A stretch of 64,000 bases of DNA from an uncultured bacterium (GCA_964012435.1 CAXGSM010000001.1:99377-163376); one strand, 5' to 3'; counted from the first letter of the stretch, positions 9,997-20,680 are shown. A program made the numbers and translations. The notes: generated by a model from the sequence alone, not told the origin.

Positions 9997-11321
9997 TAAA
10001 AAGTTATATTACCACTATTTCTATTAAGCTCTTCCCCTTCTAAAAATTCAAGATTTGTTTTGTGGCTGTTTATGCCGTTTAGCATCACCTCTAAGCTTTC
10101 AACTGGATCCAAGGAAGAAAGCATTCTTCTTAATTTCCATATCTTCCTTAATTCTTCATCTTGGTAAAGCAGCTCTTCATGCCTTGTTGATGATCTATTG
10201 ATGTCAACAGCTGGATAAAGTCTTCTATTTGCTAGTCCTCTATCGAGATGAACTTCAAGATTCCCTGTGCCTTTGAATTCTTCATATATTATGTCGTCAA
10301 GCTTAGATCCAGTATCAACCAAAGCTGTTGCAATGATTGTTAAAGATCCTCCGTGCTCTATATTCCTCGCAGAGCCAAAAAATCTTTTTGGCTTGTAGAG
10401 ACTTGCAGGATCCAAACCTCCTGATAGGGTCCTTCCACTTGAGTTAACTGTTAAGTTATACGCTCTTGCTAATCTTGTTATCGAGTCTAAGAGTATTACA
10501 ACATCTTTGTCCTGCTCGGCAAGGCTTTTGGCATGCTCTATAACAAGTTCAGCAACATGAGTATGATTCTCAGGTCTTTCGTCAAATGTGCTTGATATTA
10601 CTTCACCGTCTATGGATCTCTCAAAATCTGTAACTTCCTCCGGTCTTTCGTCAATCAGTAGTGCAAAAAGCTTCACATTCGGATGGTTTTGAGATATCGA
10701 ATCAGCTATATCTTTAAGTATTGTTGTTTTTCCAGCTTTTGGAGGTGACACGATCAAAGCCCTTTGACCCAAGCCTATAGGTGCAATAATGTCAATGATT
10801 CTGGCTGTGGTTTTTAAAGGGGTTGTTTCAAGTCGAATCCTTTCGTTCGGATATATAGGTGTCAGCTTTTCAAATGTTTTTCTATTTTTGATATATTGAT
10901 ATGGTGATTTTGATCCATTAATAGAAAGTATGTCAATTGCTGCAGAGTGTTTTTCTTTTTTTGCTCTTCTTGGAGGCGTTATTTTCGCTTCTACAATATC
11001 ACCTGTTTTTAGTTTGAATTTATTTTTTATTAACTGAGGAATAAATACGTCTTCTGAACTTTGGTTCCATTTGTTTACTCTTATAAAACCATGTCTATCT
11101 GTTAGGTCAACAATCCCAATTTTGTTTTTCAAAGGTTCGATTCTTCTTTCTTCCTTTTTGGTTTTTTCTTGTTTTTTTTCTGTCATTTTTACCGTTATCA
11201 CTTTGATTAATTCAGGCTTGGTAGCTTTTTTGTCATACTCTATATTTTTAGATTCAGCAATTGCTTTTAATTCTGCAACCTTCATTAATTCAAGTTTTTC
11301 TTTGTTTAGATTATTTTCCAT
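9996..11321 (-). CDS. rho: Transcription termination factor Rho
   Basis: [44 protein letters not shown]. Confidence 0.99.
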   Translation of the reverse strand: MENNLNKEKLELMKVAELKAIAESKNIEYDKKATKPELIKVITVKMTEKKQEKTKKEERRIEPLKNKIGIVDLTDRHGFIRVNKWNQSSEDVFIPQLIKNKFKLKTGDIVEAKITPPRRAKKEKHSAAIDILSINGSKSPYQYIKNRKTFEKLTPIYPNERIRLETTPLKTTARIIDIIAPIGLGQRALIVSPPKAGKTTILKDIADSISQNHPNVKLFALLIDERPEEVTDFERSIDGEVISSTFDERPENHTHVAELVIEHAKSLAEQDKDVVILLDSITRLARAYNLTVNSSGRTLSGGLDPASLYKPKRFFGSARNIEHGGSLTIIATALVDTGSKLDDIIYEEFKGTGNLEVHLDRGLANRRLYPAVDINRSSTRHEELLYQDEELRKIWKLRRMLSSLDPVESLEVMLNGINSHKTNLEFLEGEELNRNSGNITF

Positions 11322-11322
11322 A

Positions 11323-11850
11323 TTATTTCCTCACTTTTTGTAGATGTCTTATCTCTTTTAGATTTCTAAATTTTTGATTAATGTCAAGGCCATATCCAAC
11401 CAGATAATTATTCTTTATCTGAAAGCCTTGATAATCAATTTTTATATTTTCTTTTTCTACGCTAGACCTTTTAAGCAAACAGGCAATTTTTACCGAAGCT
11501 GGACCTCTTGCGAGTAGCATTTTTTTTAAATAGCTTAATGTCAAGCCTGTGTTTGTTATGTTCTCCAAGAGAATTACATGTTTTCCCTCTATGGAGATGT
11601 CGATATCTTTTTTTATTTGAACTTGGCCGGTGGAGCTTTTGCCTTCAAATTCTGAAATTGACAAAAAATCCATTTCACAATCAGGCTTGATGTTTTTCAT
11701 AAGGTCGGAAGCGAACATAAAACTCCCTTTCAATATTGATATAAAACATATGCTTTTGTTAGCATAATCGTTGTTTATTTCTTGAGCAATATCCTTGATT
11801 CTTGCCAGTATCTCATTTTCAGAGAAGAGAACTTCGCCAATGTTATTCAT
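11323..11850 (-). CDS. hpt: Hypoxanthine phosphoribosyltransferase homologue with degenerate active site
   Basis: ILKGSFMF.SDL and VGYGLD..RNL of HPRT; PRPP loop reads LLENITNTGLTL rather than VEDIIDTGLTL. Confidence 0.85.
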   Translation of the reverse strand: MNNIGEVLFSENEILARIKDIAQEINNDYANKSICFISILKGSFMFASDLMKNIKPDCEMDFLSISEFEGKSSTGQVQIKKDIDISIEGKHVILLENITNTGLTLSYLKKMLLARGPASVKIACLLKRSSVEKENIKIDYQGFQIKNNYLVGYGLDINQKFRNLKEIRHLQKVRK

Positions 11851-11975
11851 GATTTTTTTTATGTGTTAAAGGTGGTAAATGCGGTATTTATTTTTTTTGA
11901 TGCATTCATATTCTACATATAAAAAGCTTTATAGTGTTTTTGTCTTTGTTCTTTGAGTTTTTTAAGGAAGGCAGT

Positions 11976-13535
11976 CTATTCCCATTCAATAGTTGATGGT
12001 GGTTTTGTTGACACATCATACACGCAACGATTTATTCCGTTCACCTCATTCATTATCCTGCTTGACATTTTTCTTATAAGGCTCCATGGGAGCTCTGGAA
12101 AGTCACATGTCATGCCATCAACACTTGTTACTGCTCTTATCGCACATAAATGTTCATAAGTTCTGCCATCACCCATTACCCCTACTGTTTTCAGGTCCGT
12201 AAGAACTGCAAAGTATTGCCAAACTTCTTCTTCAAGTATTGTGCCTTCTATTTCTTTTCTTACTATTTCGTCAGCTTCCTGCAGAATCTTTAATTTTTCA
12301 TCAGTTATTTCACCGATAATCCTTATCGCAAGGCCAGGACCAGGAAAAGGTTGTCTGTATGCCATTTCTTCTGGTATCCCTATCTCGATAGCAACCTTTC
12401 TGACTTCATCTTTGAAAAAATACCTCAAAGGTTCAACCAATTTAAACTTCATGTCTTCAGGAAGTCCGCCAACATTGTGATGAGTCTTTATTGTTGAGCT
12501 AGGCCCCCCTTTGGGGTGAGAGGATTCGATTACATCAGGGTAAAGTGTTCCTTGTGCAAGGTACTTTATATCTTGTCTTTCTTTTGAGAAATTTTCAAAA
12601 ACTCTTATGAAGGATTCTCCAATTATTTTTCTTTTTTTCTCTGGATCCGTTATCCCCTTTAGCTTTGACAGAAACAGTTCTGACGCGTCAATTACATTTA
12701 ATTCAATATTGAAGAACTTAAATGCGTTTTCAACCTCTTCTCTTTCGCTTTTTCTGAGCAAGCCATGATCTATAAAAACACATGTAAGATTGTCTCCAAT
12801 CGCTTTATGTATTAGTACTGCTGTCGTTACGCTGTCTACACCACCAGAAAGAGCACATAAAACTTTTTCATTTTTAACTTCTTTTTTAATATTTCTAATT
12901 GACATTTTGCTTATTGACTCAGGGGTCCATGTTTGACTGCAGCCTGCCACTTCTGAGGTGAAATTTTCAAGCAGGTCCTTTCCCCAAACTGTATGTGTCA
13001 CCTCTGCATGAAATTGAATTCCATAAAGCTTTTTCTTTTTATTTTCAAAGGATGCAACAGGTATATTTTTTGATCTTGCTAACGTCTCAAAACCTTCAGG
13101 AAGCCCTTTTACAAGGTCCTTGTGGCTCATCCAGCATACAAGATCTTCTTGAAGGCCTTTGAAAAGATTGCTTTCTTTCGTGATGTTGATCTGAGTGCTT
13201 CCATATTCACTTTTGTCTCCAGGCTCAACAATTCCACCCATTTCCTTTGCCATAAGTTGCATTCCATAACATATTCCAAGCATAGGTATTCCTAAATTCC
13301 AAATTTCTTTATCAATGTTGGGGGAATTCTTTTCGTGAACAGATTCTGGACCTCCTGAAAGTATTATTGCCTTAGGAGATCTTTCAATAATCTCTTTTGC
13401 AGAAATGCTATGTGGCTTTATTTCACAATATATATTTTGTTCTCTTATTCTCCTTGCTATCAGCCTTGCGTATTGAGCTCCAAAGTCAATAATGATAACC
13501 AGATCGTCTATTGGTTTTTTAGCCTGGTTTTTCAT
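11976..13535 (-). CDS. guaA: GMP synthase (glutamine-hydrolysing)
   Basis: DFGAQY, GICYGMQ, QFH.E, SGGVDS, IKTHHNVGGLP, KPPSTIEWE. Confidence 0.99.
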   Translation of the reverse strand: MKNQAKKPIDDLVIIIDFGAQYARLIARRIREQNIYCEIKPHSISAKEIIERSPKAIILSGGPESVHEKNSPNIDKEIWNLGIPMLGICYGMQLMAKEMGGIVEPGDKSEYGSTQINITKESNLFKGLQEDLVCWMSHKDLVKGLPEGFETLARSKNIPVASFENKKKKLYGIQFHAEVTHTVWGKDLLENFTSEVAGCSQTWTPESISKMSIRNIKKEVKNEKVLCALSGGVDSVTTAVLIHKAIGDNLTCVFIDHGLLRKSEREEVENAFKFFNIELNVIDASELFLSKLKGITDPEKKRKIIGESFIRVFENFSKERQDIKYLAQGTLYPDVIESSHPKGGPSSTIKTHHNVGGLPEDMKFKLVEPLRYFFKDEVRKVAIEIGIPEEMAYRQPFPGPGLAIRIIGEITDEKLKILQEADEIVRKEIEGTILEEEVWQYFAVLTDLKTVGVMGDGRTYEHLCAIRAVTSVDGMTCDFPELPWSLIRKMSSRIMNEVNGINRCVYDVSTKPPSTIEWE

Positions 13536-14689
13536 TTAGCCTGGCCAACACCATCTACAAATTGATAATGTTTGCCTTCATCTTTTAATGATGGGCAGTG
13601 AACCACAGTTGCTTTTTGCATCTCTTGAATGTTCATGGCTCCCACCATACCCATAGAGTTTTTTAAGCCTCCTACCAGATTTAATGTGCCATCATCTCTA
13701 TCACTCGGGCCAAAAAATAATTTTTCAAGTTCAACCATGTTTTTTACAGAAACTCTTGTCCCTCTTGGTAAATTAGGGTCTTGTGTCGCCATTCCCCAAT
13801 GATATCCTTCTCCAGGGGTTTCTTTTAAGCCGCTAAAGCAGCTTCCCAGCATTACTGCATCTGCACCAGAAGCAATAGCTTTTGATATTTCTCCCCCTTT
13901 CCTCATGCCTCCATCAGTAATTATGGATACATATTTTCCTGTTTTTTCAAAATGAACATCTCTTGCCTTGCAGCAGGACATTGTTGCTGTAACTTGTCCA
14001 ACCCCTACGCCAGTCACAGCTCTTGTAGTGCATGCTGCTCCAGGACCAATACCAACCAATATTCCAGCAGGCCCTGTTTGCATAAGCTCATAGGCTACAT
14101 CCTGGGTTACACAATTTCCTAAAACAACAGGAATTTCTATTCTCTCTATAAAGTCTTTAATGTTCAAAGATATTTTGCCCCTATGGCGAGAACTTATTAC
14201 TGTTGCTTGTATGAAAATGATATCAGCACCTGCATCTCTGGCCAAGAATCCCAGCCTTTCTGCATTTGCTGGTGTTACGCTAACAGCTGCGTCAATTCCT
14301 CTATTTTTTAATTCTTGCACCCTTAGCGACACGAGCTCTTCCTTTATTGGTTCAGCGTAAAATTTTTGAATCACCTTTATAGCTTCTTGCGAGTTGCATG
14401 AGGTTATTTCATTAAAGGCTTCAGTTGGATTTTCGTATTTTGTTTGCAGTCCTTCAAGGTTTAAAACCCCCATTGATCCAACTTCAGATAATCTTGAAGC
14501 AAAATTAACATCAACAGCTGAGTCCATGGCGCTTGCAATTATTGGAATTTTTAATTTTGATTTCCCAAATTTTACAGAGGTGTCAACATCTTTTGGGTCT
14601 AGAGTGCTTACCCCTGGGAGTATCGAAACATCATCAAAACCATAAGTTGATTGAAGTTGTGGTAAGAAGCTTTCCTTTAAGTTTTCCAT
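13532..14689 (-). CDS. guaB3: GuaB3-family IMP dehydrogenase (no CBS domains)
   Basis: YGFDDVSI.P, ASAMD, VLNLEG, GIGPGAACTTR with catalytic Cys, HWGMAT..PNLPRGTR. Confidence 0.93.
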   Translation of the reverse strand: MENLKESFLPQLQSTYGFDDVSILPGVSTLDPKDVDTSVKFGKSKLKIPIIASAMDSAVDVNFASRLSEVGSMGVLNLEGLQTKYENPTEAFNEITSCNSQEAIKVIQKFYAEPIKEELVSLRVQELKNRGIDAAVSVTPANAERLGFLARDAGADIIFIQATVISSRHRGKISLNIKDFIERIEIPVVLGNCVTQDVAYELMQTGPAGILVGIGPGAACTTRAVTGVGVGQVTATMSCCKARDVHFEKTGKYVSIITDGGMRKGGEISKAIASGADAVMLGSCFSGLKETPGEGYHWGMATQDPNLPRGTRVSVKNMVELEKLFFGPSDRDDGTLNLVGGLKNSMGMVGAMNIQEMQKATVVHCPSLKDEGKHYQFVDGVGQAK

Positions 14690-14708
14690 ATTTATAAAAA
14701 TCCGAGAC

Positions 14709-14755
14709 GCACTTGCTCTTGTTTTTGGGCAAGTGCTATGATTTTCTAGATTATA
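14709..14755 (-). promoter_or_regulatory. Putative guaB3 promoter (-10 TATAAT) and leader hairpin
   Basis: ATTATA at 14750-14755 (TATAAT on minus); imperfect inverted repeat GCACTTGCTC 14709-14718 / GGGCAAGTGC 14727-14736. Confidence 0.5.
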
Positions 14756-14762
14756 TATTGAT

Positions 14763-15839
14763 TTAGTTTAAATCCAAAATAAATATATCCCAATTCCAGT
14801 GTTGTTCGTGACTGGTTGCAATTATTGCAATTTTTTTTCTATCAGGACTGATTTTAATGTTTTTGAGCTTATCCATTTTTGCTATAGTTTCAAAATTTTG
14901 ATTTTCAATATTCCATTTTGTAAGATGTATTTGATTTGTTTGTACATTGATTGATGAGTTGATCCAGTTTTGTTCATCTAGCGCCCATTGGTATACCTGC
15001 ATGAAGTGACCTTCTTCAGCCTCAAAGCATGCTGTTTCAATTTCAGCAGAGGGTTTAATGCTGCAGAATTTTTGACTTGCTTGACTGTTTTCTTTTGGAT
15101 TCATTCTCCATCCAATATTCATTCCACCATATACTCCAATGGTGTAAATTTTTGTCCATGGAAGCAGTGTGACTGCTGCCTTACCGTGTTTAATTATTTT
15201 TAATTGACTCTCATTAATTTTTGTTTCTAGCACAATTAAATTTGAATGTTTATCATTGGCAAAGTCTACAATTTTTACGCCTTCTTTTGCTGAGTATATG
15301 GTTTCTGTAATTTTTCCTGTTGTTTTTTTGATTGCGTTGCTTTCTAGATAGTAGATGGATTTTTTAGATGATTTTACTGGTTGTATTTTGTTTTTAAGTA
15401 GATAAGTTTCATTGTCAACCCAACCTCTAATCCAAAGTTTTTTATCTTCTGTCCATGCGATTTCTTTGGCTGTAATTTTGTTTTGAGATTCTGCAATAAT
15501 TTTTTCTTGCCCTATCTCTCCATACCATACAAGGCTTGAGCCCGGCATTTTTTCATCTATCCAAAGTATTTTGTTATCGTTTGTTGAAAGTATTTCGCCA
15601 ATTGATTTTTTAGAAAAAGAAATGCCGTTTTTGTTTATGTCGACATGTTTAATCATTTTTTCAAACGGAGGAAAAGAGTTTTCTTCTAGGAATATAAAAT
15701 TTTCATTATCGAGCCAATTTAAATTTTCAACATCTAAACCTTGCCCCCATGGTCCGGCTATTTCATATTTGCTTTCTATCTTGCTTGATTGAAAGGCAGT
15801 TGTGAACATTAAAAACAGAATGTAAATTTCTTTTTTCAT
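14763..15839 (-). CDS. Hypothetical exported protein, possibly TolB-like beta-propeller
   Basis: Signal-peptide-like N-terminus, Trp-rich beta repeats, ISPDRKKIA..WDIFILDL resembling a PD40 repeat. Confidence 0.6.
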   Translation of the reverse strand: MKKEIYILFLMFTTAFQSSKIESKYEIAGPWGQGLDVENLNWLDNENFIFLEENSFPPFEKMIKHVDINKNGISFSKKSIGEILSTNDNKILWIDEKMPGSSLVWYGEIGQEKIIAESQNKITAKEIAWTEDKKLWIRGWVDNETYLLKNKIQPVKSSKKSIYYLESNAIKKTTGKITETIYSAKEGVKIVDFANDKHSNLIVLETKINESQLKIIKHGKAAVTLLPWTKIYTIGVYGGMNIGWRMNPKENSQASQKFCSIKPSAEIETACFEAEEGHFMQVYQWALDEQNWINSSINVQTNQIHLTKWNIENQNFETIAKMDKLKNIKISPDRKKIAIIATSHEQHWNWDIFILDLN

Positions 15840-15866
15840 ATGATAGATATGATACTATTATCAGCC

Positions 15867-18800
15867 ATGTCTTTCTCTCATTTACATTTGCACACAGAAT
15901 ACTCAGTTCTTGATGGTGTATGCTCCCCGAAAGAAATTTTAACCTATGCAAAAGAATGCGGTCAAAAATCAATAGCAATTACTGATCATGGTGTGATGTA
16001 TGGCGTGCCATCCTTTGTTAGGGAGGCTCGTAACTTGGGCCTGAAGCCTTTGATTGGATGTGAGGCTTATATTTATGATGATTTTGAATTTCATGACAGA
16101 GGTAGAGAAACCATAAAATCAAACCATATAACACTTTTGGCAATGAATAAAAAAGGTTATTCAAATCTTTCAAAACTTACAACAAAAGCTCATCTTGAAG
16201 GTTTTTATAGAAATCCTAGAATAAATCTTAGCTGGCTTGCAGAAAAGAATGAAGGGATAATAGTTCTTTCTGGCTGCATTCAAGGGATTCTGTCAAGAGC
16301 TATTATTGATGGAAATTTAACTCATGCTGAAAATCGTATTGACTGGTTTAAGGATGTTTTTGGAGATAGGTTTTTCCTTGAGGTCATGAATCATGGAATC
16401 GAGGAAGAAGCTCTTATCGCTAAGCAGCTTATTGAGTATGGTAAAAAGAAAAAAATTAAAGTTGTAGCGACGAATGATGTTCATTTTTTAAAAAAGGGCG
16501 ATCATGTTGTCCAAGATCTTCTTTTGGCGATAAGAAGCAATCAATTGATTGATGATCCGACAAGGTTTAGGGCAAAGTGGTCCAATCTGCATCTTTCAAC
16601 AGAATCTGAAATGTTAAAGCTCTTTAAAGGCAATGAAGAGTGTGTAGGAAATACAAACCTTGTGTCAGACATGATTGATGATTTTTCAGACATTTTCTCA
16701 AATGCAAAACCAATATTTCCTGTTGTTCAGGTTCCTCAAGCATATAAAAGTTCAAATGATTATTTGAGGCATCTTGCTGAAGAAGGTTTGAAAAAGAGGT
16801 ATCAGGATAATATCGAAGAAGCAAAATTGCGGCTGGAGAAAGAAATGAATGTAATAGAGGAGCTTGGTTACCCTGATTATTTCTTGGCTGTAAGGGATTA
16901 TGTTAAATATGCTAAAGATAATGATATTCCAGTTGGGCCCGGAAGAGGATCTGGTGCTGGATGTCTTGTTGCTTATTGCTTGGACATAACAACTATAGAT
17001 CCTCTTAAGTATGGTTTGATCTTTGAAAGGTTTTTAAACAAGGGAAGAAAATCTTTACCTGATATAGATATGGATTTTTGCACAATGGGAAGAGATGATG
17101 TTATTAGGTATATCAGAGAGAAAAATGGAACAAAAAAAGTATCTCAAATTATTACTTTCAACAGGCTAAAAGGAAAACTTGCTTTTAGAGATATAGCAAG
17201 GCTTTCAGGGATTCCAGAGCCCCGTTTTAGCTTGGTTGCAAAAGCTTTATCTGATGGAGAGAGCTTGCAGGAGGCTTCAGCGAACAACATTATTAAAGAT
17301 ATTGTTAACAGAGATCCTGAATGCGAAAATGCTTTGGAGAAAGCAACATTGATAGAAAATACTATCAGGAATAAAGGTGTGCATGCAGCAGGTTTGGTAA
17401 TTTCGAATGAAAATCTTTCTGGACTGGTTCCTTTGGCTAGGGGAAAAAATGGAGAAGTTGTAAGCCAGTATGAAATGGGAGATCTTGAAAATATGGGCTT
17501 GGTCAAGATGGATATTTTAGGCATAAGAAATTTAACATTTTTAAACGAGGCGCAGAAAAAAATTAAATCAAATGGGCATGAATGTAATATATATGACCTT
17601 AGTGATAAAGAATATGATAAAAAAACTTATCGATTGCTTGCAAAAGGGCATACGGATGGTGTTTTTCAGTTTGAGTCATCAACAGCTGTTGGCCTTTTGA
17701 AGAAGATTAAACCTAAGTCAATAGAGGATTTAGCTGTGATAAATGCTTTAAACAGGCCCGGTCCTCTCAATTCTGGCCTAGCTGACAGTTATGTAAAGAG
17801 AAAACTTGGCAAAGAAAAACCATTACCCCCCCATCCTGCTTTGGAAGAGGTTCTAAAAGAGACCTTGGGAGTTATGGTTTACCAGGAGCAGGTCATGAGG
17901 ATAGCTCAAGAGCTTTCAGGTTATTCTTTAATTGAAGCAGATGACCTCAGAAAGGCTATGGGTAAAAAAATTGAATCATTAATGAAAACACAAAAGAAAA
18001 GATTTATTGATGGTGCAAAGAAAGTTGGAAAAATCAACAGAGCAGAAGCTTCAAAGATATTTAGCCAGATAGAAGAGTTTGCACAGTATGGTTTTCCGAA
18101 ATCACACTCCGTTGCATATTCAGTTATAGGTTTTCAATGTGCTTTTTTAAAAGCTCATTTTCCATCTTTTTTTCATGCAGCTTGGCTTTCAAGCTATGCA
18201 GGTAATGCTGACAAGGTTGGAGATTGTGTTTCAAGGCTGATTAGCTGGGGGAAAAATGTTTTGCCACCTGATATAAACTCCAGTCAAGATTTGTTTAGTG
18301 TTAACAAAGAAAATCAAATAGTTTATGGGCTTGCAAGCATTAGGAATGTTGGAGAAACAGCTGCGAGAGACATAGTTTCAGAAAGGAAAAAATCTGGAAA
18401 CTTCTTAGATCTACAAGACTTTGTTACCCGTTGCCAAAAAATAGTTAACACCAGAGCTTGCGAAACTTTAGCGGCAGCAGGAGCTTTTGATATGTTCGGT
18501 CTTGACAGAAGGCATTTACAAGCAGTTATAAAAAATGTTTATAAAGAGGTTGAGCGATTATCAAGATACAAGGGTCAAAGTTCTCTTTTTGGAGAAAAAG
18601 TATTAGTTAATATTCCTCCTGTTGCAGATATTGATATGTCTGACATCCCATCCGTTTCTAAGCTTGAATTCAATGCTTTGGAATCATTTGTCACCACTTC
18701 TCCAATTTCAGAGAAACATCATGTCCTATTAGATATGGGCATTAAGAAATTAAGTAATTTAAAAACTGGATTAAAAGTTGACGTAATTGGTTATCTTTCT

Positions 18801-19262
18801 TCTTGCAAAATTAGAAAAACTTATGCTGGAAAAAGATTCGCTGAGGGTGTGATTCAGGATAAGGGTTTTAGATTTCCTGTCTTTTTTTACGAAAGGTTTT
18901 TGGATCAGATTGATTCAAGCTATCTTGCTGATGGAGTTGTAGTTATAAGGGGTCGCAGCAGGAAAGGAAAGGATGGACAGGTAAATTTTTATGGAGAATA
19001 TATTTGGCCTGAAGGTTTAGGTTACCATCCTGAAGAAAACCTAATCGAACGACCTTTGAAAGAAAGTGTGGTGTTAGATATGAATGGTTTGTTGAAAAAG
19101 GAAAATCTGAGCTCTTTACAGGACTTACTCAAAACTTTAAAGCCCGGTAATGTTGAAATTTATATAGATTTTGGTGATAAAAAATTCAGACTTAAAGACA
19201 AATATGATAAAAGTTGCAAAGAAATACTTTCAAGTTGGAAAGAAAAGCTAGAAAAAAAATAG
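15867..19262 (+). CDS. dnaE: DNA polymerase III alpha subunit
   Basis: PHP HLHLHTEYS.LDG/TDHG/NDVH, GPGRGS, PDIDMDF, VHAAG, KMDILG, QSSLF clamp-binding-like motif; start set at ATG 15867. Confidence 0.99.
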   Translation: MSFSHLHLHTEYSVLDGVCSPKEILTYAKECGQKSIAITDHGVMYGVPSFVREARNLGLKPLIGCEAYIYDDFEFHDRGRETIKSNHITLLAMNKKGYSNLSKLTTKAHLEGFYRNPRINLSWLAEKNEGIIVLSGCIQGILSRAIIDGNLTHAENRIDWFKDVFGDRFFLEVMNHGIEEEALIAKQLIEYGKKKKIKVVATNDVHFLKKGDHVVQDLLLAIRSNQLIDDPTRFRAKWSNLHLSTESEMLKLFKGNEECVGNTNLVSDMIDDFSDIFSNAKPIFPVVQVPQAYKSSNDYLRHLAEEGLKKRYQDNIEEAKLRLEKEMNVIEELGYPDYFLAVRDYVKYAKDNDIPVGPGRGSGAGCLVAYCLDITTIDPLKYGLIFERFLNKGRKSLPDIDMDFCTMGRDDVIRYIREKNGTKKVSQIITFNRLKGKLAFRDIARLSGIPEPRFSLVAKALSDGESLQEASANNIIKDIVNRDPECENALEKATLIENTIRNKGVHAAGLVISNENLSGLVPLARGKNGEVVSQYEMGDLENMGLVKMDILGIRNLTFLNEAQKKIKSNGHECNIYDLSDKEYDKKTYRLLAKGHTDGVFQFESSTAVGLLKKIKPKSIEDLAVINALNRPGPLNSGLADSYVKRKLGKEKPLPPHPALEEVLKETLGVMVYQEQVMRIAQELSGYSLIEADDLRKAMGKKIESLMKTQKKRFIDGAKKVGKINRAEASKIFSQIEEFAQYGFPKSHSVAYSVIGFQCAFLKAHFPSFFHAAWLSSYAGNADKVGDCVSRLISWGKNVLPPDINSSQDLFSVNKENQIVYGLASIRNVGETAARDIVSERKKSGNFLDLQDFVTRCQKIVNTRACETLAAAGAFDMFGLDRRHLQAVIKNVYKEVERLSRYKGQSSLFGEKVLVNIPPVADIDMSDIPSVSKLEFNALESFVTTSPISEKHHVLLDMGIKKLSNLKTGLKVDVIGYLSSCKIRKTYAGKRFAEGVIQDKGFRFPVFFYERFLDQIDSSYLADGVVVIRGRSRKGKDGQVNFYGEYIWPEGLGYHPEENLIERPLKESVVLDMNGLLKKENLSSLQDLLKTLKPGNVEIYIDFGDKKFRLKDKYDKSCKEILSSWKEKLEKK

Positions 19263-19273
19263 AATCGTTCTTT

Positions 19274-20113
19274 ATGGAAAATCAAAAAAACAAAAACCTT
19301 CCTGACCTCATGAGTCAAAAAGACTCAAGAAAAGTGCCTATAAGTAAAGTTGGAATATCTAATTTAAAAGTTCCTTTAAGAGTTGGCAAGGCCAGTGGTT
19401 TAATTTGTGAAACTGTTGGTGTATTTGATATGTCTGTTGGTCTAGAGGCATCAGAAAGAGGCACACACATGAGCAGGTTTTCAATTTTGTTAAATGATTT
19501 TGTTTCAAGCAATGAATGCTTGGATTCCAAATCAATGGAATCTCTAACAAGGAAAATGAAAGATTACCTTGATAGTAAAAGTTCTTATATAAATGTTGAA
19601 TTTAGTTATTTCAAAAAAATAGAAGCTCCAGTAACCTCCCTTGCAGGGATTGCCCCTTTTACAGCTGGATACAAAAGTTCAATTGATGAAAAGGGTAGCT
19701 TCTCGCTGAAGACATATGTGTCTGTCACGGGTCAAACATGCTGTCCTTGCTCTAAGGAGATTTCTGACTATGACGAAGAGACAAAGAAAGGCAGAGGCGC
19801 ACATTCTCAACATGGCCATGTTTTTATAGAGGTTGAAAATGCACAAAGCCAGGATGTTTCAATAGATGCTTTGATTGATGTTGCTCAATCATCCTTGTCT
19901 GCCCCTTCGTATCCGATATTAAAAAGACAAGATGAAAGGGTTGCGACAATTTCAGCTTACGAAAACCCATGTTTTGTTGAAGATGTTATAAGGGGTTGCG
20001 CTATACGATTAAGAGAATTTCAAGGTATAGACAACTTTTATTTAGAGGTTGTCAATGATGAAGTTATTCATTTTCACAAAGCAAAAGCTTCACTTTATGA
20101 ATCTTTAACTTGA
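19274..20113 (+). CDS. folE2: GTP cyclohydrolase IB
   Basis: LPD..S..D.R...I.KVGI, GTHMSRF, CPCSKEIS, GAH.Q, P.FVED..R. Confidence 0.93.
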   Translation: MENQKNKNLPDLMSQKDSRKVPISKVGISNLKVPLRVGKASGLICETVGVFDMSVGLEASERGTHMSRFSILLNDFVSSNECLDSKSMESLTRKMKDYLDSKSSYINVEFSYFKKIEAPVTSLAGIAPFTAGYKSSIDEKGSFSLKTYVSVTGQTCCPCSKEISDYDEETKKGRGAHSQHGHVFIEVENAQSQDVSIDALIDVAQSSLSAPSYPILKRQDERVATISAYENPCFVEDVIRGCAIRLREFQGIDNFYLEVVNDEVIHFHKAKASLYESLT

Positions 20114-20680
20114 TTCATTTATTCTTTTTGCCTTAAGGTATTCATGAGGTTTGTTCATTTCGTAATTAATCCAATCATCTTGAACTTTCAAAACAGTTTT
20201 TTTTTGCTGCCCCACCCAATCTCTAAGAGGAGTATTTGAATTTATTTTTTTTAAACTATTTATCAGGTTTGAACCTACAAGAATAGGATGTCCCCCTTTG
20301 TTGTTTGAACTCGGACAAACAATAGAATCGTGATCATAATTGTTTATTATTTTCTTAATTGTTTCGGTATTAACCAATGGATAATCAACAGGCCAGATAA
20401 GACACCCATTTCCTCTTTCCATCAAGGATAGCCCTTTTTTTATAGACAATGACCTTAGATTATTTTTTTCATTTGTTGCAATTTTTTCCAAACCAGTTGC
20501 TTGCTTTATCTTTAACTTGTTTCTTCCGGCAACAGCAATTATGTTCACTATCTTAGACTCACTAGTTTTTTTTAAAATTAGATTGATTGCTTTTTCCCCA
20601 TTGAAGTCAAGAAAAGTTTTATCTTCACCCATTCTGGTTGAAATTCCGGCACAAAGTATTATTGCGGATATTTTTATCAC
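20105..20680 (-). CDS. Molybdenum cofactor cytidylyltransferase-like nucleotidyltransferase (MocA family)
   Basis: IILCAG.STRMG.DK, PVD.P, GHP; last gene of a Mo-hydroxylase operon. Confidence 0.85.
   Translation of the reverse strand: MIKISAIILCAGISTRMGEDKTFLDFNGEKAINLILKKTSESKIVNIIAVAGRNKLKIKQATGLEKIATNEKNNLRSLSIKKGLSLMERGNGCLIWPVDYPLVNTETIKKIINNYDHDSIVCPSSNNKGGHPILVGSNLINSLKKINSNTPLRDWVGQQKKTVLKVQDDWINYEMNKPHEYLKAKRINESS

Noticed and set aside
11865..11975. 36 open codons in frame after the guaA TAG (possible read-through)
   Set aside because: GuaA ends at its canonical TIEWE terminus; the extension has no recognisable similarity and this length can occur by chance
15867..19262. Intein or split in dnaE
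   Set aside because: Length is typical and conserved motifs are contiguous; no splice-junction or homing endonuclease motifs seen
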